Shown one piece after another: positions 27,459 to 36,259 of a stretch of 64,000 nt of DNA (the first letter of the stretch is position 1; every line of letters starts with the position of its first letter). The DNA comes from an archaeon (GTDB lineage Archaea > Asgardarchaeota > Thorarchaeia > Thorarchaeales > Thorarchaeaceae): assembly GCA_024276825.1 (NCBI GenBank), contig JAJRWI010000044.1, positions 25,823 to 89,822 on the forward strand. Direction: 5' to 3'. The notes beneath the pieces were generated by a model. The model was given only the letters and a program-made list of their open reading frames with translations. It ran no database searches and was not told where the DNA came from. A program made the translations under genes and the position numbers.

Positions 27459-29093
27459 ATGCTGAAGATGATTAGCAATAACAAGTTCTTTGTAGTCGCA
27501 CTCGTTGCGACTATAGTCACTGCTGGAATGTCATTTGGAAACCTTCCCACGCCTTCCCCTCCTCAAGGCGTTCAGGTGATTAATGGAGTCACTTTCAACT
27601 TTTCTGATTACCCGTTTGTCCCTCATGAGTCATTGGCCCTGTTTAACTATCTGGACACGATAGTCAGTAGCAAATATCAAGGGTATGGCGAATGGGAGGG
27701 GTGGTATGCAGAGAACTATCATGGCCTTCATCATTATGTGCTGGCCTTCATGGACTATACTGTCAGTGCGATGTTTGAAGCTACTTCTGGATATCGTACT
27801 GATTACTATCGTGAGTTTGCATATGATCTGATAAAACGAATGAACACTACGGAGGAGGAATGGGGTGAAAACAGCATCGAATACAAGGAGTGGACACATC
27901 CCGAGTATAACTATGTTGATTACTATTATCCAAACAATGCATCCGATCCCAATGCAGTATACGTTGGGGGCTGGCGCGGTCCCGCAAATATCATGTGGAC
28001 CGGACATTATGCCTTGATGCAGGCATTATATGAGAGAAACTTCAACACAGGTGAGTTTATTGATGAACTGAGCTGGTTTATCAAGGACTGGAACCTCTCA
28101 CTGTTGACGGATCGCCATGGCAATTCAAAGGAGGGTGGATTATGGGGTGTTGGACTGATTCCATGTGAACCATACATTGTCTTTGTTCAATGCAATTCAA
28201 TCCCCATACTGACAACTGCCCTCTATGACAATATGATGGGTACAAACTATATGCCCATGTGGGACTATGGACTGAACTTCATAAATACAGTCATGCAAGA
28301 TCAATATGGTCTCTTTATGGATGGCTATTATGTGGATCGACCAACTTCAATCTACTATAACACTGAACGCCTGCCTGATACAATCCCTGGTCCTGCACAA
28401 TCACTGTATGCCAAAGATGGCAGGTGTAAAGTGTCATCTTACTGCAATGGTTGGGCTCTAGCCTTTCTTGAATACATTCAAGAGAACGAAACTATACATG
28501 ATTACCCAATTTTCTTGCAACATTTCAAGAAAGACATATCTCCCGACATGGCATATATCATTGACACTTACAATAATCCAACTGGATTCGGGACATTTGA
28601 TATACTTGGCACACTATTCACAATGCATCTTGCTAATCAGCGGGGCGATTATGCATTAAGAAACCGTCTTGTTAATTTTCTCTATAGCTCCTATAATAAA
28701 ATCTGGTCATCTGATGGGCGTAGAATGTATTATGACACGCTCTCCATCGAACCATTCATGCAACCAGTTCTTGCATTTGGCCACATATGGGCCACAAACC
28801 CCGTTACTATAAAAGACCTCGGTGATGCACGTCCAGCCGAATTCTGGAATTATCCATATATCAGCTCAGCTGATGATGATAATATTTGGGTCTATCAGGC
28901 CCAGTGGGATCCCAACAAGTCTGCATTCATTCTGAATATCCGCGTAGACCGGACTGCCACATTGACATTCAGCAATTTTGACGCAACTCCAACTGCATAT
29001 TTTGGAGGAACGGTCCTCACTCAATTGACTCAGGCTGCTGATGGATATACTCTGACACTAAGCCCGGGTCAGTATAACCTTGTGATAATGTGA
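27459..29093 (+). CDS. Secreted linalool dehydratase/isomerase (Ldi/LinD)-like protein
   Basis: NIMWTGH and CEPYIVFVQCNS match the LinD NIMYKGH and CEPDNYFVQCNS catalytic motifs with identical spacing. N-terminal signal/TM segment, several N-x-S/T sequons, GAGGTG SD. Confidence 0.85.
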   Translation: MLKMISNNKFFVVALVATIVTAGMSFGNLPTPSPPQGVQVINGVTFNFSDYPFVPHESLALFNYLDTIVSSKYQGYGEWEGWYAENYHGLHHYVLAFMDYTVSAMFEATSGYRTDYYREFAYDLIKRMNTTEEEWGENSIEYKEWTHPEYNYVDYYYPNNASDPNAVYVGGWRGPANIMWTGHYALMQALYERNFNTGEFIDELSWFIKDWNLSLLTDRHGNSKEGGLWGVGLIPCEPYIVFVQCNSIPILTTALYDNMMGTNYMPMWDYGLNFINTVMQDQYGLFMDGYYVDRPTSIYYNTERLPDTIPGPAQSLYAKDGRCKVSSYCNGWALAFLEYIQENETIHDYPIFLQHFKKDISPDMAYIIDTYNNPTGFGTFDILGTLFTMHLANQRGDYALRNRLVNFLYSSYNKIWSSDGRRMYYDTLSIEPFMQPVLAFGHIWATNPVTIKDLGDARPAEFWNYPYISSADDDNIWVYQAQWDPNKSAFILNIRVDRTATLTFSNFDATPTAYFGGTVLTQLTQAADGYTLTLSPGQYNLVIM

Positions 29094-29103
29094 GGTGGCA
29101 AAA

Positions 29104-29724
29104 ATGACCGAAGAAACAACGAAGTCAGAAGCGAGCGCTGAGAAAATGACTGTGCTTGAGCGTTGTAGAATGAATGACAGATCCGCATTAATGAAAACAA
29201 TGCTCTATGCATTAGTAGGCGCAGCTCTATACACCATTCTACAAATGATCCCTCACCCGTTCATTGTTTTGGGTCTGCTAAAATTCGGCCTACTTCCCTC
29301 ATTAACAATAATTGCACTTGTTGGTGCAATAAGGGGGCCCACAGCAGGCTTTCTGACTGGCTATCTAGGCGAGGTGACATATGGTCTGCTAATTCATAAT
29401 ACCATAGTGACAATGACTCTTGATGCTGCAGCATTTGGAGTTATTGGTCTGATAGTGGGATTGGCATCATATGACCTCAAGAATGGCAGGTCTTTGGTGA
29501 AGTTGTCAATACTGTCAGTCACAGGTCTGATATTTTCGACTCTGCTGATAGTAGTGATTGCAATGAAGGTCGAGGTATACGGAACATTAGCAATTCTCGG
29601 CTTTGAGATGTTGCCTCTCTTGACCCTCGGGATTCCAACACTCATGTTCTTGACACCTGTTCTCGCAAGAATCTGGGCCAAAATCGCCATTAGTTTGTCC
29701 CCAGCTGGTGAAAAAGCCCATTGA
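29104..29724 (+). CDS. ECF transporter substrate-binding (S) component
   Basis: About 200 aa, 5-6 TM; LPSLTIIALVGAIRGPTAGFLTGYLGE is the typical S-component GPxxGxxxG pattern. SD (GAGGTG) overlaps the ldi stop, so ATG 29104 is likely. Confidence 0.75.
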   Translation: MTEETTKSEASAEKMTVLERCRMNDRSALMKTMLYALVGAALYTILQMIPHPFIVLGLLKFGLLPSLTIIALVGAIRGPTAGFLTGYLGEVTYGLLIHNTIVTMTLDAAAFGVIGLIVGLASYDLKNGRSLVKLSILSVTGLIFSTLLIVVIAMKVEVYGTLAILGFEMLPLLTLGIPTLMFLTPVLARIWAKIAISLSPAGEKAH

Positions 29725-29825
29725 GAATTGAGAGAGTTATTCTCTCACTTCTCTTATTCTTTACACCTGACACAGATACCATGCACACCAAAACTACAAT
29801 GAACGATCCATCCTGCAAAGTGGGA

Positions 29826-29852
29826 CTTTTTCTTTTTCCCACTATATTTATA
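29826..29852 (+). promoter_or_regulatory. T-rich terminator-like tract followed by a TATA box upstream of the prenol kinase
   Basis: CTTTTTCTTTTT, then TATATTTATA; GGAGGT SD at about 29895 before ATG 29910. Confidence 0.5.
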
Positions 29853-29909
29853 GGAGAGGACATACTATCCCTTGTTCACTTTGATTTTTATCAAGGAGGT
29901 TCAAGACTC

Positions 29910-30713
29910 ATGTTTAATCCGTTAGGTCCTAGCCTTGAATTGGTCTGGGATTTTATTGCCATGATAATATCATTCGTGCTCGTGTTGCTTCTGGTGCAAA
30001 TAAACGCGGCAATTGAGAAGAGTGGGAAGCTTTCAACAATAGTGACTAGAAAAGTCATTCATACATTTGCAGCTCCTGTGTGGATGGTTTCATGGCTGTT
30101 GTTCTCAGGTGGCCTGTTCAGCAGATGGTTGGCCATGATAGTACCCTTACTCTTTGTCCTGCAATTCCTTGCCATAGGAACAGGAAGAGTGGAGAATGAA
30201 GACTTTGTGAGATCAATGTCCCGCAGTGGCGATCCAAAAGAATTACTTGGTGGCACACTTTACTATGCAACTATCATGGTGATTTTTGGCATCCTGTGGT
30301 TCTATGTGCCCCCTGGTGGCAATGTTGCACAAGCATCACCAATTGCGATTATTGCATTGGCATGCCTTGCAGGCGGTGATGGACTGGCCGACGTGATAGG
30401 CAGAAAATATGGTGGTGAGAGAAAATTTGGCATTGGTGGTTCTGAAAAGACAATTGCAGGGGCATTTGGAATGTTCATTGGAAGTCTTCTCTTTAGCATT
30501 GTCTTGCTATTAATATTCTCCCTTGTAGTTTCGTCATTTGTAGTGGCTGATATCTTCGTACCTCTTCTAATTATCAGTATTGTCGTCACAATCGTCGAAT
30601 TTCTAACACCCAAAGGCTATGATAACATCAGTATTCCAATTGCAGCGGTCATTACAATGATCCTCCTGCCCTACATCATTCCTACCTGGGCATTCCCCTT
30701 ACTTACACTCTAG
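29910..30713 (+). CDS. Phytol/farnesol/dolichol kinase family (CTP-dependent prenyl alcohol kinase)
   Basis: TRKVIH, VRSMSRSGDPKELLGGTLYY (VTE5/FOLK-like), GGDGLADVIGRKYG, KTIAG, DNISIP; multi-TM. True start is ATG 29910 after GGAGGT, not 29721. Confidence 0.88.
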   Translation: MFNPLGPSLELVWDFIAMIISFVLVLLLVQINAAIEKSGKLSTIVTRKVIHTFAAPVWMVSWLLFSGGLFSRWLAMIVPLLFVLQFLAIGTGRVENEDFVRSMSRSGDPKELLGGTLYYATIMVIFGILWFYVPPGGNVAQASPIAIIALACLAGGDGLADVIGRKYGGERKFGIGGSEKTIAGAFGMFIGSLLFSIVLLLIFSLVVSSFVVADIFVPLLIISIVVTIVEFLTPKGYDNISIPIAAVITMILLPYIIPTWAFPLLTL

Positions 30714-30746
30714 ATTAAATATGCAATTATAGATGGTGGCGGTCTC

Positions 30747-31565
30747 ATGAAGAACGAGCTCACAATAATCAAGCTTGGGGGTTCGCTGCTAACAGACAAG
30801 TCCCACCCTTACTCGGTTCATAGTAACATACTGGAAACGGTTTCTCACGAAATCAGAGATTGCATGGACAAAGGGCTGATACAATCGCTAATTATTGTTC
30901 ATGGTGTTGGCTCTTATGGCCATCCACCAGTGCTAGAACACAAGCTTCACAAGGGCTTCATGGGACCCCATCAGCTTTTGCCCCTCTCAAAGACTCAAGC
31001 AATAGTCGCTGAATTCAGGGCAATAATTGTCAGAGCATTACAGGATGCAGGTATACCTGTCTGTCTGATGTATCCTTCATCTATGATGGTTCAAGAAAGG
31101 ATGAGGCTCACACGCTATTTTCTTGAACCACTAGAGGGATTCCTATCATTAGGAATGGTGCCCCTGCTTGGTGGTGATATTCTGATAGATCCTGCTATGG
31201 GCTGGAGTGTCGGAAGTGGTGACCAGATTGCAGTGGTATTGGCCAAGGAACTTGGTGCAAGGCATCTATATTTTGCCTCTGATATTGATGGTGTTTTTAC
31301 TGCAGATCCAAAGCAGAACCCTGATGCAGAGCTCATTGACACAATTAATTTGAACAAGGCTGAAGAAATTTTGGAAAGATTGAGAACATCCAGCGGTGCT
31401 GATGCAAGTGGAGCAATGCATGGGAAGATAAATGCAATCCTGAGCCTGAAAGATGATATTCAAAATGGTCTTGATGTAGCAATTCTATCAATGATGACTT
31501 CTGGCAGGCTTACTGCCCTTCTGGAAGGCGGTGATACAAGAGCCACCTGTTTCTCGGTTGTTTGA
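30747..31565 (+). CDS. ipk: Isopentenyl phosphate kinase family protein
   Basis: KLGGSLLTDK, VHGVGSYGH (IPK-signature His), GGD, SGDQ, SDIDGV, DASGAMHGK. Confidence 0.88.
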   Translation: MKNELTIIKLGGSLLTDKSHPYSVHSNILETVSHEIRDCMDKGLIQSLIIVHGVGSYGHPPVLEHKLHKGFMGPHQLLPLSKTQAIVAEFRAIIVRALQDAGIPVCLMYPSSMMVQERMRLTRYFLEPLEGFLSLGMVPLLGGDILIDPAMGWSVGSGDQIAVVLAKELGARHLYFASDIDGVFTADPKQNPDAELIDTINLNKAEEILERLRTSSGADASGAMHGKINAILSLKDDIQNGLDVAILSMMTSGRLTALLEGGDTRATCFSVV

Positions 31566-31621
31566 AATCTTTTTTATTATGTAATATCAAAGGACGAGCT
31601 TGACTCTAGAGAGGTCCTGAC

Positions 31622-32698
31622 ATGAGCGAAGTCGAAACAAGGATGCCCCATAATATAATGAGAGACCGTGACGTTTTTGAAACACTCAATAATCATCTCT
31701 ATGTGACCCATGGCTTCATACAACCCCGGGACAAAATAATATGCTACCTCAAATATATACCCGATATGAATGGCAAGTGGATCTCCCCCCATGGACGCTA
31801 TAGGAGAGTATTCTCAGGGGGTCCCGAATCGGTAATCTCTGCCATGAAGATTTCACATCAATCCTATTTTCAATATGATAAACATCTTGGGGTTGAAATT
31901 TTGAAGGTCCCAGTCGATGACGTCCTGCGGTACTATCGCCCTGAGGACCGGATGAACGACATAATCAAGCACGGACCAAATGATGCTTTGGAAGAACGGG
32001 CCAAGACGATTGCAGAGATGCTCCATGACACTCTAAAAATACCCTTTGATAGGATAGGAGTGGCTGGAAGTATCTCATGGCATGGACATAATCCCTCTTT
32101 CTCGGATGTGAATATGAATGTGTATGGACAAGATGCCATTAACAAACTGCTGAATGGCAGAGATATGATTGTTGAAACATATCCAAGCGTTCGATATCGA
32201 ACCATCAAGGAATGGGCCGATGGGAGCATTGTTCGTCTGTGTATGCGAATTACTCACATCACCAAAGAGGACATGATCCCATTGTTTAAGAGACGTCGCG
32301 AAATATGCCTAAATGACATCTATACTGGAATCATGCCAGTCCTCCTACCCAACGAGGCTCCAATAAAGCATGGTCATGAATCATATCACGCCATTAACGA
32401 TGTTCCTCTCAAGGCTGAGCTCGAGATTTTAGACACTCAGTTTGGATCATTGACCCCCGCCATATATCAGACAATCTCTCAACCCCTTGATATTATTGAT
32501 GGGGACCGAATCACCAGACTGATGATCTATGATGGTGCCTTCAAAGACCTTCTCCTGCCTGGTGATACTGTAGAGGTGAATGGAACAATTCAAAGAGTGA
32601 TCACAAAAGACTCAAGTGAGCTTTATCAGATTATGATAGGAACAATGAGGGGTGTGGGCAGGGAGTTTCTCAGGCTTGTTGACCAATCATCAGGCTAA
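31622..32698 (+). CDS. Predicted archaeal nucleotidyltransferase (COG1665-like)
   Basis: RDRD...YLKYIP, IGVAGS...SDVNMNVYG, C-terminal OB-like PGDTVEVNG. Confidence 0.7.
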   Translation: MSEVETRMPHNIMRDRDVFETLNNHLYVTHGFIQPRDKIICYLKYIPDMNGKWISPHGRYRRVFSGGPESVISAMKISHQSYFQYDKHLGVEILKVPVDDVLRYYRPEDRMNDIIKHGPNDALEERAKTIAEMLHDTLKIPFDRIGVAGSISWHGHNPSFSDVNMNVYGQDAINKLLNGRDMIVETYPSVRYRTIKEWADGSIVRLCMRITHITKEDMIPLFKRRREICLNDIYTGIMPVLLPNEAPIKHGHESYHAINDVPLKAELEILDTQFGSLTPAIYQTISQPLDIIDGDRITRLMIYDGAFKDLLLPGDTVEVNGTIQRVITKDSSELYQIMIGTMRGVGREFLRLVDQSSG

Positions 32699-32711
32699 GG
32701 AATGTGATAGA

Positions 32712-33770
32712 ATGAGAGTTAAAAGGCTCTGTGTCAGAGTGCCCAAACATCTTGGCGAGCATACAAGACAGAAGCTCTTGGAACACGGCGCATTAGATAT
32801 TAAATGCAGAATACTTGAAGTAAATGGGCATCTTATGATACCAACCAGACCTGAAATCAAGAAGTCCGTGGTTGCAAAGATATTTAGCGATACACCCTGT
32901 GAGATATGCCCTCATGAGTTTGATATGTTGTCCTCGGGTCCAAGGAGCCTTGAAGAAGCTCTTGCTGGAGTGTTGAGCCATAAAGAATTGAGTCTTTTGC
33001 CGCGTGCTTATGACCTCATTGGTGATATTGCGGTTCTTGAGATTCCCCCTGAATTGGAACAATACTCATCACAAATTGGCTATGCCTTCCTATCCATACA
33101 TAAGAATTTCAAAACTGTCCTTGCAAAAGAGGGGGCAATCTCAGGACTTACCCGAACTCGAAAATATCGCCTGTTGGCGGGTGAGAACAAAACAAGGACG
33201 GTGCATACAGAGTATGGCGTTAAAATTGCAGTAGATCTTGCAGTGGCATATTTCAGTCCAAGATTATTGGAGGAACACCATCGAGTGGCAAGTCTTGCGT
33301 CAGATGGCGAACGCGTCTTTGATATGTTTACTGGGGTTGGACCATTTGCCCTTCATATTACAAAGCATCATGCTTCAGATGTGGTTGCTGTTGATATTAA
33401 TGGGGCAGCAATCATTCTACTCATGGATAGCATTGACATGAATCAACTCACTGGCAGGGTCTTCCCAGTCATCAGCGATGCCAGGGATTATGCATATGCT
33501 TGCACCGTTGATTTTCATAGGATCATAATGAATCATCCATCTGGGTCTGAGGCTTTTGTAGATGCCGCATGTAGAGTAATAGCCCCTGGTGGAGTCATTC
33601 ACTTTTACTCATTCATTGCTGGAAATAATCCAGAAGCGCAGATGGAGAAAAAGATCACTAGACTGGTTACTGCTGCAGGTCGTAAGGTGTCAGACATTCC
33701 AACAATCAGAAAGGTCCGCGATAGTGCTCCTTATGAGTTCCAGATGGTCGCAGATGTAGTCATTGATTGA
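32712..33770 (+). CDS. trm5: tRNA (guanine37-N1) methyltransferase Trm5 / Met-10+ family
   Basis: YDLIGDIAV, TVHTEYG..VDL..AYFSPRL, DMFTGVGPF, IIMNHP; likely ATG 32712. Confidence 0.88.
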   Translation: MRVKRLCVRVPKHLGEHTRQKLLEHGALDIKCRILEVNGHLMIPTRPEIKKSVVAKIFSDTPCEICPHEFDMLSSGPRSLEEALAGVLSHKELSLLPRAYDLIGDIAVLEIPPELEQYSSQIGYAFLSIHKNFKTVLAKEGAISGLTRTRKYRLLAGENKTRTVHTEYGVKIAVDLAVAYFSPRLLEEHHRVASLASDGERVFDMFTGVGPFALHITKHHASDVVAVDINGAAIILLMDSIDMNQLTGRVFPVISDARDYAYACTVDFHRIIMNHPSGSEAFVDAACRVIAPGGVIHFYSFIAGNNPEAQMEKKITRLVTAAGRKVSDIPTIRKVRDSAPYEFQMVADVVID

Positions 33771-34185
33771 TGAATACAATCTCGCACTCAATAATCACCT
33801 TGGGGTCCTTGATGGTTGCAATGAACTCTCGATTAAGGTCTGCAGCTGCCTTGTCCGCTCTTACCATCAATGTCCTACTACACTCAAAAGAACTCTTACG
33901 TGCTACCATACTATTCTTGTCAGAGTAATCTAGACCTGAACTCCCTCTTCCCACTATCTCCTCAGTAATACCCCCTGCGCTCAATCTTAGAATTATCAGT
34001 GTACTTGACTGTCTTGCCAGTAGCTTGATGACATCATCCAACTCAGCAAGGTTTGTACTCGAACGAACCCCCACAATACAGTTCCCTCGTTTTGTGAGAT
34101 GAACTTCATTTGTTATCTCCAATGTTGTTCGATGGGTTGCAATAATATTCTCGTGGCCATGGGCTCTAAACTGCACTCGGTGCAT
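33760..34185 (-). CDS. DUF371 family protein
   Basis: AHGHENI.ATHRTTLEIT..HLT.RGNCIVG, ARKS, ADKAAADL. Confidence 0.9.
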   Translation of the reverse strand: MHRVQFRAHGHENIIATHRTTLEITNEVHLTKRGNCIVGVRSSTNLAELDDVIKLLARQSSTLIILRLSAGGITEEIVGRGSSGLDYSDKNSMVARKSSFECSRTLMVRADKAAADLNREFIATIKDPKVIIECEIVFINQ

Positions 34186-34242
34186 GATTGTCAGCTCTTA
34201 CTAATCTATTTATCATACAATACACAATTATAGTCGATAATT

Positions 34243-34920
34243 ATGCTGGATAAAGACCTTACTCGTGATAAGGAACGACTAATTAAACGTCTGAAAAACA
34301 TTGGTTATCTGACCAGCAAGTCAGTAGAAGATGCCCTAAGAAGAGTGCCCAGAGAGGACTTTCTTCCTGACTATCTGAGAAAAGATGCGTATCGCGATAC
34401 GCCCCTCCCTATTGGTCATGGGCAGACAATCTCTGCCCCTCACATGTGTGTGATTATGTGTGAGGGTCTCCAATTAGAGAAAGGGATGCGCGTTCTTGAA
34501 GTGGGTGCTGGATCAGGATACCATGCAGCCCTTTGTGCTGAGCTGGTCTATACTCCTCATGACCCGCAAGCAGGTCATGTATACACCATAGAGATTGTTA
34601 CGGAACTAATAGATTTCGCCCGTCGAAACCTTGAGAGAGCTGGCTATTCAGACAGGGTTACACTTATCCATGGAGATGGGGGCAAAGGCTTACCCGAGTA
34701 TGCCCCATTTGATCGCATTCTTGTTGCAGCTGCAGCACCCAAGATACCTCCCCCATTAATTGAACAACTTGCCAATGATGGAATCATGCTGATCCCTGTG
34801 GGATCACACGGGTTCTATCAAGAGCTCATGATGGTCATTAAGGACTCGGAAGGTCAGACAACATACAAACGATGGGGGGGTGTGGCATTTGTACCATTGA
34901 CTGGTGAATATGGCCATTAG
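34243..34920 (+). CDS. pcm: Protein-L-isoaspartate O-methyltransferase
   Basis: AY.DTPLPIGHGQTISAPH, LEVGAGSGY, APFDRI, QL...G.MLIPVG, FVPL. Confidence 0.96.
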   Translation: MLDKDLTRDKERLIKRLKNIGYLTSKSVEDALRRVPREDFLPDYLRKDAYRDTPLPIGHGQTISAPHMCVIMCEGLQLEKGMRVLEVGAGSGYHAALCAELVYTPHDPQAGHVYTIEIVTELIDFARRNLERAGYSDRVTLIHGDGGKGLPEYAPFDRILVAAAAPKIPPPLIEQLANDGIMLIPVGSHGFYQELMMVIKDSEGQTTYKRWGGVAFVPLTGEYGH

Positions 34921-35606
34921 TCTGCCCGATGAAGAGGTATGATTGTCAAGGTGACTGAACTGCCATCCTCCAGATTCAACTCCTCTCTGAGGTTTATGGG
35001 TGCGATTATCTCAATCACATTCTCACTATGATGAGTGCGCTGAGCAATTACCACTGCTCCATCGATAGACCCATTGATTTTCACCCGATAGCAAATCACA
35101 TCACCGAAGGTCCTGTCTTCCTGAGTGAATCCCTTTACTATTAATGGGGGTCCCCTACGCATTCTGTTAAGAGCTATCCGTGACCCCTCATTCTGTACAA
35201 GGATATTCAGAGTACCTGGATATGGTCTGAACCCCAAGGCTTTCTCAAAGTGTTCTGAATAGACCTCCACATAATATGCTCCCTCACCAAGCCCCCCCAT
35301 GACTCTACCTCTAATATCGAATTCATCCTCATATTGAGTGAATGCTGTTTCAAGCCCTTTTAGAACATCATCCAATACTTTTACTCCCTTTTTGGTGATC
35401 TTGACCAGCATCCCATTAGATGAATGAGTTCTCTCAACATATTCTTGGTTCACGCAAGTCATTATTCTGCGTGAAGCGGTCTGTTGACTGATATTCAGCA
35501 ACTTGCCAAGGTCACTTGTAGTAATTATTATCCTTCTATGAATTGCCCCCTGTTGTGCCAAGGCATAAAGAGTGAACCAGATGTCAGGCTCAGTCATAAG
35601 GCTCAT
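34917..35606 (-). CDS. ribK: CTP-dependent riboflavin kinase with N-terminal HTH (RbkR-type)
   Basis: SQQTASR HTH, GLGEGAYY, PYPGTLN, RTHH, EIIAP.NLR. Confidence 0.93.
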   Translation of the reverse strand: MSLMTEPDIWFTLYALAQQGAIHRRIIITTSDLGKLLNISQQTASRRIMTCVNQEYVERTHSSNGMLVKITKKGVKVLDDVLKGLETAFTQYEDEFDIRGRVMGGLGEGAYYVEVYSEHFEKALGFRPYPGTLNILVQNEGSRIALNRMRRGPPLIVKGFTQEDRTFGDVICYRVKINGSIDGAVVIAQRTHHSENVIEIIAPINLREELNLEDGSSVTLTIIPLHRAD

Positions 35607-36247
35607 TCATCTCTCTCCTTAAGGTCAAGCTTTCTCTCAAACTCCTGTACTCTCTCAATAAGCCTCTCTTGTCGAATGGCACTTGTGACATCGCCCCTAG
35701 TCCTCTCAACAATTCCTCTACCAACATCACATTTTCGTCGCAAGTCAGGAATGAGTGCATTCGGATAGTCAAACGATACAAGCTCATCAAGAATGTCTTC
35801 CATGAACATCAGTAGTTTCTTAGCCCTCTTCATATCATTCTCTCGTAGGGCCTCTAATGTTGCTCTTCTCAGCTCTCCAATCACATCAGCAAGCCCTGTC
35901 AAATACGGTCGTGATGGTATATCAAACCTGTCTGATGCTGAAACCTCTCCATCTCTCAGTATTGTCAACAGATTGACAGCTTCAGTCAACTCTTGATATG
36001 CCACATCAAGAATCTTTGACTTTGACATAAAGGGACTCTCTTCCAATCTACTATCAATCTGATTGATAATATCATAGGCCGCATTGATATTGTTCTCTGA
36101 TTTCTCGTACTCCCCTCTATGAGCCTGCTTTATTGCCTCACTGCATAGTCTGACAGCATCCCTTGCTGCTGGAAGGACCTCCTCTCGAATTGCATCATCA
36201 TGATCTATCTCTTCTCTTACTCTATTCAGAATATCACTCAGTTTCAA
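35603..36247 (-). CDS. Translin/Trax (C3PO) family protein
   Basis: D..RE, QELTEA, YLTGLADVIGELRR, LRRKCD. Confidence 0.9.
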   Translation of the reverse strand: MKLSDILNRVREEIDHDDAIREEVLPAARDAVRLCSEAIKQAHRGEYEKSENNINAAYDIINQIDSRLEESPFMSKSKILDVAYQELTEAVNLLTILRDGEVSASDRFDIPSRPYLTGLADVIGELRRATLEALRENDMKRAKKLLMFMEDILDELVSFDYPNALIPDLRRKCDVGRGIVERTRGDVTSAIRQERLIERVQEFERKLDLKERDE

Positions 36248-36259
36248 TCCTGATCCCTC

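Noticed and set aside
29721-29909. 63-aa N-terminal extension of the prenol kinase in the ORF track
   Set aside because: The region contains a T-tract, TATA box and strong SD pointing to ATG 29910; it is intergenic.
27179-31565. Terpene cluster as a tRNA-integrated mobile island
   Set aside because: The cluster sits at the 5' side of tRNA-Lys, and I saw no integrase or duplicated tRNA end (att site).
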